Source: Hormiphora californensis (taxonomy: Eukaryota; Animalia; Ctenophora). From it: a stretch of 64,000 nucleotides of DNA. The DNA is taken from assembly GCA_020137815.1 (NCBI GenBank), contig CM035350.1, positions 6,572,001-6,636,000 on the forward strand. The letters are read 5' to 3'. The stretch's first letter is position 1. Each line of letters opens with the position of its first letter. The notes under the pieces are model-generated. The model made no database searches and was not told where the DNA came from. It was given only the letters and a program-made list of their open reading frames with translations. Below, one piece after another: positions 32,749 to 53,861 of the stretch. A program made the position numbers and the translations under genes.

Positions 32749-33222
32749 AAAATGGAAGGAAGCAGGTACTAGTATAAGTAAGAGAATGGGTAAAGTAATA
32801 AGTTGGGCCCAGATAAAAATGAGGCGACTCTAGCGACTTGATACCAAAATGTAACATAAAACCATCACGTGATACACAAATACACATGTTCATACCACCC
32901 CTAAACAATAAATTAGCCTAAAAACACATCTTTCTCTGAACTCAGTGAACGTTTGTCATATTTAGTTCTCGAGACGATCTCCGTTGCTTTTTCCCGGCCT
33001 CCTTTTTGGAAAACTTTTTACTGGTACCCTTTACGTTTAACCTGGCCCCCTTTTTGGCGGGGTTTGGAGCTGATTCACCGTTCTAAGAGGAGAGACAATA
33101 TGATAATGATGGTGATACTAAATACACGAAGGAAAGAGATAAGAGATTCTTTGCAATATTGCGAATGAGTAGACATTGTAAGACAGCAGGAGAAATGAAC
33201 ATTAGGCTGACCGCCAGATATT

Positions 33223-34471
33223 CTACAAACATACCGGTTCTGTGTTGTTTTTAGCAGCCCTTTCTTTCTGTTTTAAGTCCATGGCTTTAGGAGCTGGTTT
33301 CCCGTTAGCACCGTCCTTGTTCCACTCGTATTCAGTGATGATATAGGCATCAGGATCGGTGGGATCCTCCCCTGGTACTACCACCTCGTCCTCGTCGTCC
33401 ACTAGTATAGACACCTGGAGAGGGGCAAATCTCTTTTATATACAGTCGGACCCCGATTTAGGGACACCCTCGGGGGAAAGGCTCTTGTCCACTAAATCGG
33501 TGTGTCCACGAAATCGGGGTCAAATAAGGTTAATTTCCTATTATATCGGGGGTATAACAAATAATATAGATTTTCAAATGTGAGTGTGAACAATAGTAAC
33601 ACCGATGTTTTACCTTTTTCTTCTTCTTCTTTCGCGGTACGGGTAATATCACTTCTTCTTCGTGACTCAGGGAGGAGTTGTGAACGACCGAGGGGTCGAG
33701 GGGAGTGTAATCCTCATTAGGGGACAGGTAGCTGGAGACACTGTCACTGGTCCTGGCCCGGGTATTGGATAGGAGGTGGACTCTGACATAGTCCAGCAAA
33801 CTAGCTATCTGATATAGGGAGGAGTAATAGTTAGTAAAGTAGCTATCTGAAATATGGGGGAGTAATATTAATACATAGTCCAGCAAACTAGCTATCTGAA
33901 ATACAGAGGAGTAATAGTTAGCTGTTAGCAAACTTTTGATGTAAATGTAAATTTTCAGTTACACGATCAGGGACACTAAGGAGGGAGATAAATAAAACTG
34001 TGGCATAGTAAAGGGAGGAAACTAAGAAATAAGAGCGGTGTACTGAGAGATATCTCTCATGGAAACTTTCAATGCGACCTTGGAAGTACAAGTGGAAGTA
34101 AATGCGTGACATGATAAGAAAAATCAGCCGAGTCGCTCAACTCAGCTAGCTATGTGACGGGAGAAGGCACGCGTCAAAAGTATACAGTCACATATAATAC
34201 ACGTCACAAGTAGCGAATGACGTCACAAGTAGCGAATGACGTCACTCATGACGTCATAATATCCTACCTGTGTTTCGGTATATCTCTCTTCACATTCCTC
34301 TATGACAGCGTGTAGTTCTACATGTGTTGTGGGGCGGAGGTTCACGAGCTGCAGCAACTCACTTTTAGATAACTGGTACTCCTTCACCGACTCGACAAAC
34401 TCTGCCGGATTAGAGAGGTGGTTAGAGAGGAACATAGAGAGAGAGAAAAGAGAGAGGGGAGAAGGGAGAGG

Positions 34472-34549
<78 letters not shown>

Positions 34550-37064
34550 GAGAGAGAGAGAGGGGGGGTTAGATTTGTGAAAGGAAAATAAGCAAACTGA
34601 GAAAGTATTCTAGGAAAAGCACATGACCTGCATTTTTGATACATTTTATCATCCCTTGTGTTCCATTGAAATTCACTAAATTAAATTTCTGCTTTATCAA
34701 TATACTGGCATGTCAGCTGTGTGCAAAGTGATAACCGGTTGACACCAGCAGCTGCAGATCCCCAGTTGCAGAACCCCAACTGCAGAATCCCAGCAGCAGA
34801 ATTCCAGCTGCAGAACACCAGGTGTTCAGCACCTGGGTGTTCAACACCTACCCGGGAACACCCGCCCTACCGAGAATCTTTGAATCTTCTTACAACCCAT
34901 CTCAAAGAACTTGAATAATTTAACCTTTTGTTACGTAGGGAGAGCATATATTCAGAACAAAGTCCCTCACTACTACAGACTCAATCAGAAGCTAAGAGAA
35001 TCACTCGGTGTCTTTTGTTATTAAAATTATGAATGAAGCGGTTGGGATCTGGGATGGAGAGAGGCAGTAAACATGGAGAGAAAAGAAAAGGAAGAATGAA
35101 TGATAGGGAGAGAGAGATAAATCGAGATATTCTAACGCAGGAGAATAATGACTGTGGGAGTTTGGATAGGTCGAGAAGGGAGAGCAATTTTTCCCATTGT
35201 TGTACACGGGAAATGTCATTGCTCTCTCTCGGAGTTTGTGAATTCCCCTCTTGCCAGACAAACCACCATGGCTTGTCTTTCTCTCGTTGTGCTAGCACAT
35301 ACCATTGGGCCTCTTATCGCTATAACTGGTACGTACCACATTAAATCCACGACTAAAGTACAGATCCAGTTATAAAACCCCATAAAACCTTGTTATAATG
35401 TTCTAACCCTCCTTTACATTTGTGTTTCCCGGAAGGGGCGCGTGAAACACAGTCTAGCTAGGCAAATAAAACCATGTAATGTGTGACCATCATTATTACT
35501 GTCGGTGTATTTCAGTTTGGAATCCAGTGGAACTAGGCGAGCGCTACACCTGTAATCTAGTTGGGTTGCAAATTACCACTGACACCTCCCTGGGTAGTTC
35601 TGACAAGATTGTGGTAGGTGCGATCACTGCTGACGGGGACACAATAGCTTCCATCAGAATATCCGCCTTCACCATACAGTGGAATTACCATATAGGACAG
35701 TGTATGGGAGCCTTCGTCCCCCTTCCAGTTCAACCCTCCAGTGAGACAGATCAAAAGGTCTGGAACCTCACCAAGACAGACAACACCCTGATAATCTCGT
35801 GTAACGGTGTGGAGCTGCTGCAGTATGATTTTACATCGAGTAGTGATAGTGATTGTGAGGTGTGGAGAGGTGATATAGTTGAGGAAATCAAGTTCTCGTC
35901 CAACTTTGATACCGCTTCTAATACATTCACATGTGGAGATACACCACTTGGTAAGAAATCTGTCAATTGTGATATCAAGACCAGGTATAACAGGTGTACT
36001 TCTACTATCGACCAGGTACCTGTAATATATGCCAGGTACCTCTAATATATGTATATTACCTGTTTGTAGTACATTGAATTGTACAACTGTAATTATTGTT
36101 GTGGGGGAGGGGTGTAAATTACCCATCATGCCCCCATGAGTTTCTCTGCAAAAGTGGCTAGGGCACTTTTTGCAGAGAGCAAGTTTGAAAGACGACAATA
36201 GGATACACATTAAAAGTGCAGACTGCTTCTGACTGGCAAACTACTCAAGACGCAACTGTAACGAGACTTGTTTGTGACAATGCAGACCATCCTTTTCAAT
36301 CGTGAATACAAACTGTAACCACCTTCTAGGAACCGACCGAATCAGGAAATACTGGTCCCTGATTGGCTGATAACCAGTCACGTGACCTAAATAAAGAGTT
36401 CTGATTGGTTGTTTACTTGTTTCGGTCGGTTCCTCCACCTTCCTTCCACCGTTGATAACTTTGCCAACTAATACAACCCCCTTCCACTTTCCATCGTCCA
36501 CCCGTATAATCAACACAATTCTGATATAATGGTAAATGAAGGTATACCGTACCTGGTACATAATACTGTGAACACCTGTGGTACCTGGTACATGCTGGTG
36601 TGGACCTGTGGTACCTGGTACATGCTGGTGTGGTAGTTGGTACATGTTGGTGGGTACCTGGTACATGCTGGTGTGGTACCTGGTTCATGCTAATGTGGTA
36701 CCTGGTACATGCTAATTTTCAATCAATCACCTGGTATTGCTGAGTCAGTTGAGTATCTGCAGGGAGAAACATTCTCAAAGTATTTCAAAGTCTCATATGC
36801 TATAGTGTTCAGGTTCCGCAGGTTGTTCTTCATGATATTGTTCCGAATCTTCTTTTGCTCCTCCCTGAAAAGAGTGAGACAGGGGATAGTGTGATAATAC
36901 AACTTCAAATATGGTAAGCTGCCAAATATACCAGTATATACCGTGTGAGCCAATAACCAGATCTAATTATATGTTTATATCAGTGATACTCACCTGGTCT
37001 CTTTCAGGATCTTGTAAACCTCATAGTTGGAGAGGAGTGCGGCACAAGGGTTAACTACCTCCAT
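33223..37064 (-). CDS. CRCP: RNA polymerase III subunit RPC9 / CGRP receptor component; exons about 36994-37064, 36731-36864, 34268-34410, 33615-33807, 33223-33414
   Basis: MEVVNPCAALLSNYEVYKIL, NLNTIAYETLKY and LSKSELLQLVNLRPTTHVELHAVIEECEERYTE match RPC9/CRCP motifs. GT-AG boundaries. Confidence 0.92.
33443..33530 (+). mobile_element. One end of a Tc1/pogo-type MITE
   Basis: TA|CAGTCGGACCCCGATTTA... with internal AAATCGGGGTC inverted motifs. No complete second terminus was seen. Confidence 0.55.
35268..35950 (+). CDS. Nested antisense gene in CRCP intron 2: signal-peptide exon 35268-35328 plus a 435-nt domain exon 35516-35950 (possible last exon about 36176-36201)
   Basis: MACLSLVVLAHTIGPLIAIT G|GTACGT (phase 1) joins TTCAG|TT TGG... 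(phase 1). The domain has LQITTDTSLGS, LPVQP, KVWNLTKT, ISCNGVELL and DTAS motifs with four central cysteines, and ends G|GTAAG (phase 1). Confidence 0.75.
36327..36434 (-). mobile_element. Second copy of the about 108-bp hAT-like MITE; TSD CCACCTTC
   Basis: CCACCTTC|TAGGAACCGACCGA...TCGGTCGGTTCCT|CCACCTTC; reverse complement of 31744-31852. Confidence 0.85.
36570..36712. repeat. Minisatellite built on GGTACCTGGTACATGCTGGTGT
   Basis: Direct tandem copies visible. Confidence 0.88.
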
Positions 37065-37291
37065 TCTGAGTTGAAGGGGTGGGATATCAATAAACTACCT
37101 AGTTTGTATTGACTGTAAAATAATGAATTCGCAGTAAAAGAATTACCATACTTTATGTGATTACATTGTACAAGTTAATCAAATATATATATTCAATATA
37201 TCTCATGATACATTACTATGTAAAGGAGGGTTAGAACATATAAACAATGAAAAACACATGTTTTATCCAGGAGACCTAGTTTCCTCTTTAA

Positions 37292-38283
37292 GGCCAGAGG
37301 GGGGGGTCGACGGGTTTTTTGGGTTGTTTTTTGAGGTATACGTTATATGAAAGCGCTGGGCAAGGCGGATCGATTAGAACTGATGCCGTCGATGTTGCGC
37401 GCACCGTTTGGCAAAAATTTGGGGGTTAACATTTGGCCTATAATGGATGTTAACCCCTATAAATCAGGATTGGTGGGGTCTAGAACATCCATCATTGTAC
37501 CAAAGGCTTCGTCTTGTCTTGATACAACTTCCTGAAAAGTTTTATGTCGTTACTCCAACTACTTCTTGATTTTTTGGGGGTTTACAAAATATGCGGAAAA
37601 AGCCCTTTTTGCCTCTAATTTTGCTCTTTTTTGGGACATCCTGCCTCACTTCCTGAGATAACGGCTAGGACTCAGACCTTGCCGTTTGGCATAGTTGTTC
37701 TAGAGACCGTGTTCTTCAAATTTGATGTAGCGATTTTTGATTAAGGCCCCCGTTCAAAATTTATAGGGGTTTACATAAAATTTTCATGGACAAAACAAAT
37801 GTTAACCCCTATAATTTTTGAACGGGGGCCTTAATCAAAAATCGCTACATCAAATTTGAAGAACACGGTCTCTAGAACAACTATGCCAAACGGCAAGGTC
37901 TGAGTCCTAGCCGTTATCTCAGGAAGTGAGGCAGGATGTCCCAAAAAAGAGCAAAATTAGAGGCAAAAAGGGCTTTTTCCGCATATTTTGTAAACCCCCA
38001 AAAAATCAAGAAGTAGTTGGAGTAACGACATAAAACTTTTCAGGAAGTTGTATCAAGACAAGACGAAGCCTTTGGTACAATGATGGATGTTCTAGACCCC
38101 ACCAATCCTGATTTATAGGGGTTAACATCCATTATAGGCCAAATGTTAACCCCCAAATTTTTGCCAAACGGTGTGCGCAACATCGATGGCATCAGTTCTA
38201 ATCGATTCGCCTTGCCCAGCGCTTTCATATAACGTATATCTCAAAAAACACCCCAAAAAACCCGTCGACCCCCCCCTCTGGCC
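37292..38283. mobile_element. 992-bp foldback element (two arms of about 485 bp, spacer of about 22 bp) with TTAA TSD and GG...CC termini (Kolobok-like)
   Basis: TTAA|GGCCAGAGGGG...CCCCTCTGGCC|TTAA. The mirror ORFs 37347-37535(+) and 38040-38228(-) differ by only two residues. Confidence 0.95.
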
Positions 38284-38897
38284 TTAACGTCACTAGAATT
38301 CCCACTTCCCTCTGCAGTTGCATTAACAGGACCCGACTGTAACATAAAGTGTTTGTATCGCACAGTCAATATCTCAATCAAATTGTCCACCTCATCCTTC
38401 TGAAACCTGGACGATGCCTCGACCCACTTCTTCTCCTCCTCGCTCTTTTCCAGCTTATCAAATGACCAATAATGTCCCTTGTTTGGATCGAACCTGCTCA
38501 TCGCGAGAGTCTTATCAAGGGCTTTCTGCATGTGGTGAAGGGACCCCGCGAGCCGGGAATTCAGGACATTATACATGTCAGGAGCCTGGTAGATGGTCCC
38601 CTGTAACACGTAATAGTTTGCTAGGGGTACCACATGGGAGGAGCTGTGACGCTCCTGTTTCCGGATTATCATCAGATCGCTCTGCTCGTCGACGTGTAAC
38701 AGCGTGTACTCCACTCCCTTCATGTTCTGCAGTTGGTTGGGGTTGAGTCTCTGCATCTTGGCAATCTCGTTATTACACGTCTTATCGTAGAAGGGGTTGC
38801 TGCGTTGGCAGAAGTACGCCAGGACATTGTGTGGTGACAAGTGTGGGATCCAACTGCTCTCTTTCCATGATATACTCAACTTATTTTCCAGTGCCAT
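38241..38897 (-). CDS. MED6: Mediator subunit 6, intronless; last 13 codons come from the foldback insertion
   Basis: LSISWKESSWIP, NVLAYFCQRSNPFYDKTCNNE, IIRKQERHS, PLANYYVLQGTIYQAPD, NSRL...LH, GHYW and SRFQ are all MED6 motifs. Confidence 0.96.
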   Translation of the reverse strand: MALENKLSISWKESSWIPHLSPHNVLAYFCQRSNPFYDKTCNNEIAKMQRLNPNQLQNMKGVEYTLLHVDEQSDLMIIRKQERHSSSHVVPLANYYVLQGTIYQAPDMYNVLNSRLAGSLHHMQKALDKTLAMSRFDPNKGHYWSFDKLEKSEEEKKWVEASSRFQKDEVDNLIEILTVRYKHFMLQSGPVNATAEGSGNSSDVKARGGGRRVFWGVF

Positions 38898-39404
38898 GAT
38901 CTATGGAGTCATGGTGTTAATTCGAGACGTGCTAAATGAGGGAGTCTTCAAACGATATCGTTTGTGACCCACAAACCATTTAAAAAGTGGTTAAAATTTT
39001 AAAATTGTAACGTTTCCCAGTTCAGGCCTCAGGGGCGGCTCGTAGGCCGTAGCCCTTACCGTCCGGGGCTGGACTCGGGAGCCCTGTTGAGAGGGTGACA
39101 CCCATCATAAATAGGGTCCAAGGGGGCGTAGCCCGGATTGGGGTGTTTGAGAATTACCCATTGGGACAGCCGACAGCGCAAGCAAGGAGCCACAGACTTT
39201 GAAAAACTGACTCAGCTCCAAACGCTTGCGAGCTTTTTTAAAACTTTTGAAAATTCACTAACCCCAACACCGATTGGCATCACTTTCCGACAGCCGAAGA
39301 GAAGCTGCCGAAGAGAGAAAGGGGGTAACCGTATGAAGAGTTAATCGCGATGAGTCTCATTCACATTGGGTTCGATCATTTGCCCCCGGTGTTGGGGTTA
39401 GTAA

Positions 39405-40129
39405 TCCATATAATAAATTCCAAAATGTTAGTCCGATAATTGTTTTCTCCCTACTCCTCCTACAGTTTTTGAGCTAGACCCCTGAAAATTTGTACACTGG
39501 TACTTTGGACCAAGGCGGGTGTAAGTACGGGCTCAGATTTTTGATCCGATCTTTACAACAGTGACGTCACGGGGTGACGTCATTGCGCCAAAAATACTTA
39601 CATTTTTCAAACGCTTCTAAGACCCTGAAAACGGCTCTAAATCAAAAAACTAACGCAATAGTGGGGAAAGAGAATCGTTTGAACTTCATTTTACATGATA
39701 GCGATTTCCCGTAACTCAATGTTTAAGGGTCGTAAATCGCGTCGGGAAAGTTAAAAATGCCAAAAATACGATATTTTTCACCGTAGCCACCCAAAATCTT
39801 ATCCAATCGATATGAAACTTGGTCGTTATGTGAACTTTAATGTCCTTTGGCCAGGGGTTCCCGGAAAACGGATTGGCAAGATGAGAACTGACCGGAGTTC
39901 TTATAATTCTAAATTCACGAATTTGGAATTTTTCGTCGACTTTTTTTGGCGACATAAAACGCGAGGAAATTTTCAATGAATTTTAAAATTTTACACTGCG
40001 CGCGTAATTCTAGGTTCCGCGCGCGGCGTAAAAAAGCAGCGCTTTTTTGGAAAAATTCGCGCGTTACAGTAAATGATTTACCAATTACCATTTACCAGGT
40101 CACGGGTTCCCAGCAAACGGGTACTCTAG
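39405..40129 (+). mobile_element. Non-autonomous Helitron, copy 1 (725 bp)
   Basis: A|TCCATATAATAAA 5' end; 3' end ...GGTTCCCAGCAAACGGGTACTCTAG|T with an imperfect hairpin and CTAG; no TSD. Confidence 0.85.
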
Positions 40130-40131
40130 TA

Positions 40132-41953
40132 TCCATATAATAAATTCCAAAATGTTAGTCCGATAATTGTTTTCTCCCTGCTCCTCCTACAGTTTTTGAG
40201 CTAGACCCCTGAAAATTTGTACACTGGTACTTTGGACCAAGGCGGGTGTAAGTACGGGCTCAGATTTTTGATCCGATCTTTACAACAGTGACGTCACGGG
40301 GTGACGTCATTGCGACAAAAAGACTTACATTTTTCAAACGCTTCTAAGACCCTGAAAACGGCTCTAAATCAAAAAACTAACGCAATAGTGGGGAAAGAGA
40401 ATCGTTTGAACTTCATTTTACATGATAGCGATTTCCCGTAACTCAATGTTTAAGGGTCGTAAATCGCGTCGGGAAAGTTAAAAATGCCAAAAATACGATA
40501 TTTTTCACCGTAGCCACCCAAAATCTTATCCAATCGATATGAAACTTGGTCGTTATGTGAACTTTAATGTCCTTTGGCCAGGGGTTCCCGGAAAACGGAT
40601 TGGCAAGATGAGAACTGACCGGAGTTCTTATAATTCTAAATTCACGAATTTGGAATTTTTCGTCGACTTTTTTTTGGCGACATAAAACGCGAGGAAATTT
40701 TCAATGAATTTTAAAATTTTACACTGCGCGCGTAATTCTAGGTTCCGCGCGCGGCGTAAAAAAGCAGCGCTTTTTTGGAAAAATTCGCGCGTTACAGTAA
40801 ATGATTTACCCGCCTCGCCAAAATTGTAATGGCCGTTTTTTCAAAAAAGCCGGCTCAATGACGCAAAATCATTTTTCGAAAATTTTGATTTTGCGTCAAT
40901 GCGCCACGTCGCCGGCTCAATGACGCAAAATCAACATTTTCGAAAACATGTTTTTTTTCCCAAAATTTTGATTTTGCGCCAATGCGCCGGCCACGTGGCG
41001 CATTGACGCAAAATAAAAATTTTCGAAAACATGATTTTGCGTCATTGAGCCGGCTTACGTGGCGCATTGACGCAAAATCAAAATTTTCGAAAACATGTTT
41101 TTTTAAAAACATGTTTTTTGAAACACGTTTTTTTATTTTTTTCATGTTTTTATTTTTTTTGATTTTGCGTCAATGCGCCGCCATAAAGGTGTATGATATA
41201 GTAGGAGCGGTTAGATCACCACGTGGTTAAAGTCGCATGCCACCCCTTTTTGCGCATTGTCATAGCTCCTCGAGGTCGCATCCAATCGGTAGGCGGTAAA
41301 TGTTAACCAGATCTGAGAGAAAACGTACGTGCAAAACCACGTTTTTGTCCATAACTCAGTCATTTCTTGACCAATTTGCAAAATCTTGGGCGCGTTGGAA
41401 AGAGGACATTGAGCTCTTTCAAATGAGCCCAATAAAACTAAAATCGGCGCAAAATGCGCGGCGTCATGGCGCAAAATGCGCGTTTTCGCCACCACGCCGC
41501 GCAATTTGCGCCAATTTTCATTTTCTTGAGCTCATTCGAAAGATCTCAATGTCCTCTTTCCGATGAGCTAAAGATCTTGCAGATTGGTCAAGAAATGGCT
41601 GAGTTATGGGCAAAAACGTGCGAAATTCTCACAGATCTGGTTAACATTTACCGCCTACCCATCCAATCATTATCAAGAAATGTCCCTCAAGTTTTCGCTT
41701 CTCCTTGAGGAGATCTACAGGTTTGATGAAGGTCACTTTTGGATTGGATGCAAAATGAAGCCGTGAGAGTAACCTGAGATTAGGGTGGCGCGCGACTTTC
41801 TGCACGTGCTGATCTAACCACTCCTACTATGAGACTCATTGCTCTAAGGAACAAACAAATTATCTTTTAAAAATCAAACACAAATGTCACCGGTTATATG
41901 AGGATAAATTACCATTTACCAGGTCACGGGTTCCCAGCAAACGGGTACTCTAG
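40132..41953 (+). mobile_element. Non-autonomous Helitron, tandem copy 2, carrying about 1.1 kb of extra sequence (about 40812-41905)
   Basis: 40132-40811 is nearly identical to 39405-40082, and the same 3' terminus reappears at about 41907-41953. Confidence 0.85.
41201..41827. mobile_element. TA-flanked TIR element nested in Helitron copy 2
   Basis: TA|GTAGGAGCGGTTAGATCACCACGTG...CACGTGCTGATCTAACCACTCCTAC|TA, plus a long imperfect internal palindrome (about 41280-41670). Confidence 0.75.
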
Positions 41954-42453
41954 TATAAATAAATCTTAAAATCACTCACTCAAATAAACAATAAATATTA
42001 CAAATAAAAAGTCAGTCAGTAAAATCACACATTGCGATGGGAGGTGGAGTCGTGAACTTTTTCCTCGTGCCCCTCAGTGAGACCCTGTCTGGCGCCGCGA
42101 CCCATCTGAGCGCACTGATTGAGAATCAAATGGGGTATGGCGCCGCTCATACAGACTACGTTTGACTAATGTATTAATTGATTAAAATTCAATAATTGAA
42201 TATAAGTCTGTAGTGCAGTGTTTCACTCTGCTTCAATTCGCAATTTATATTTTAGAAATAAAAATGAAACAAAAACATCAACGGTTAATAATAATACTTT
42301 TCAAAATCATTAATTTTATGACATTAATACTAATAGAACTCTTTTTAATTGCATTCTACACGCCGTGTAGTACACGGACAGTGGACAGTGTCCACTGGAC
42401 ACTCATTAAAGCATGATTGTATTTGTGTGTGACTGTGTTTATTTTTCCCGGAA

Positions 42454-43293
42454 TCAGGTTTCCTCGCACACCTTCTGTGCCCAGAGAAACAGGCTCAAAA
42501 TGGATCTGTCCACATTGGCCACATTTGTCTGTTTTAGTCCAGCTAAAAGTCCCCTGACCTCATTCACCACCGTCTCGTTCGGTGGGTTACATCTCCCAAT
42601 TCTACTAACTAACGAATCATCCTTTGTACTCAGCATCAAAACATGGATATCATCCCAAGTTTTCAGCTTCTTTCTCGGCTCTCCCAATATCATGTAAACC
42701 GCCACCATGATCTTGAAGACTGTATCAGGAGGTTCTTTATAACTTTTTAGTGCTGCAATCAGGGGCCTGGATAAATCCTGGATATTCGCTGTTAACTCTT
42801 CAACTTCCTCGGCTTTACGATTACCCTCTTCTTCAACCAACTTTTTACCAGTTTCTTGATCTTCTACAGGCAACATCTCAGTAGCAGTAGGTGAGACGCT
42901 TCCAGAGGCTACCTCACCGTACCGTAACTTCCAAACAATATAGAGGAAGAGGATGAACATCGAGGCAACAAGACAGCTAGCAAGGCCGACTATGATGTAT
43001 TCTACCATTTTCACGGCACCATCAGCCCCCTCAACCTGTAGTGCAAGTCAATGAATAACACCGGGGTTAGCAACTATACATATACAGTGACAGGTTTACT
43101 AAAATAGGACAATGGCAGCTGGAAGGTGTGGGTGACTCACTCTGCAGAGCTCTGTGAGGGAGACAATGGGGAACAAGGATGGTACTAACTACTAGTACTC
43201 AGGTAGGGGACCGCCTTGTTAGAGAGGGGGCTAGATAAGACATACCTGGTCCACCAAAAGGGAGGAACAAAAGATGAACAAAACGACGGACAT
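42454..43293 (-). CDS. Type I single-pass membrane protein (about 209 aa) with a cytoplasmic dynein stalk/microtubule-binding-like domain; exons 43246-43293 and 42454-43035
   Basis: MSVVLFIFCSSLLVDQ|VEGA (signal peptide, in-frame phase-0 GT-AG intron); TM IIVGLASCLVASMFILFLYIVW followed by KLR; then IAALKSYKEPPDTVFKIMVAVYMILGE...TWDDI...SLFLWAQ. Confidence 0.8.
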
Positions 43294-43762
43294 GACAGTG
43301 TACAGCGAGGTAACGACACTGCGAAAGAGAGGGAACTGAGAGAGAGAGAGAGAGAAATGTATTATATCAGTGCTTGCCATCCAGCCATTCCTTGCTTAAT
43401 GGATTGTTGATCTCTTACCGCGGTCTCTCTCCCTCTCTCTCGTTGCTTCTCTCTTCTCTCATCTTCTCTTCTCTTTACCTCACTATATTAGTGCGAAGAT
43501 TCTCCGGACATTTTTTTCTACATCACAATGCAATCCTTTGACTTGTAACCAAGACAACTCATGTATAACAGATCGGTTAACAGGTTAAAATAGCAAGATA
43601 CGAACTGATTCTAAATATAAATCGTGCTTGTCCTGATCAGATCTCATTCATAATAATTTCCAAAACCCGCTCAGGGGAATACTCCTGTGTCACACTGTCT
43701 ATACGTCATATTGAGTTCCCTCACACATTCTCAAACATGATGCTACGTAACAAAACAAACCG

Positions 43763-53382
<9,620 letters not shown>

Positions 53383-53861
53383 GCACTGATAGTCTTTATT
53401 TGTGCTACTGTGTGGTACGTAACGTTATCAATAAGTTAAATAGTTCAGTTCAAGAATTTGGGAAAGACAGGATACATCAAAATAATAAGCGGTGAGCCTC
53501 CTAAAAACACATAGTCAGCTCAGCGAACATAAAACTACATAACTCCAGCAGGGGTGGCGGAATAATTTTTCTCCCCCCCCCCCCCCCGGGTTCCGCCACT
53601 CCAGTATAGGTTGCTAGTGGATTGAGCAGGGTTGAAGAAGTTAGCTTTATTTTTTAAGTAAATTTAAAATAAAAAATCGGCGTTGGCCATGGCCTACGCA
53701 GTATGCAAATACAAATACAATTATAATTTATATCCCGCTTTTGGGCCTATGCATTGTTAGTGCTAGGAGAACGCCGTTTTAATCAGTCGATTGAAGCAAC
53801 GCACCCACCACTAACAAGCCTTCTAAAGCGGCTGGCTCCAGTTCTCTATTCAGTGCCCACA

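Noticed and set aside
37347-38228. Pair of near-identical 62-aa ORFs on opposite strands
   Set aside because: Mirror images produced by the foldback element's arms; no transposase or other motif.
43141-43151. Possible 11-nt micro-exon (AG...GTGAGT) in the membrane-protein gene
   Set aside because: It would break the frame that direct splicing of 43246 to 43035 preserves.
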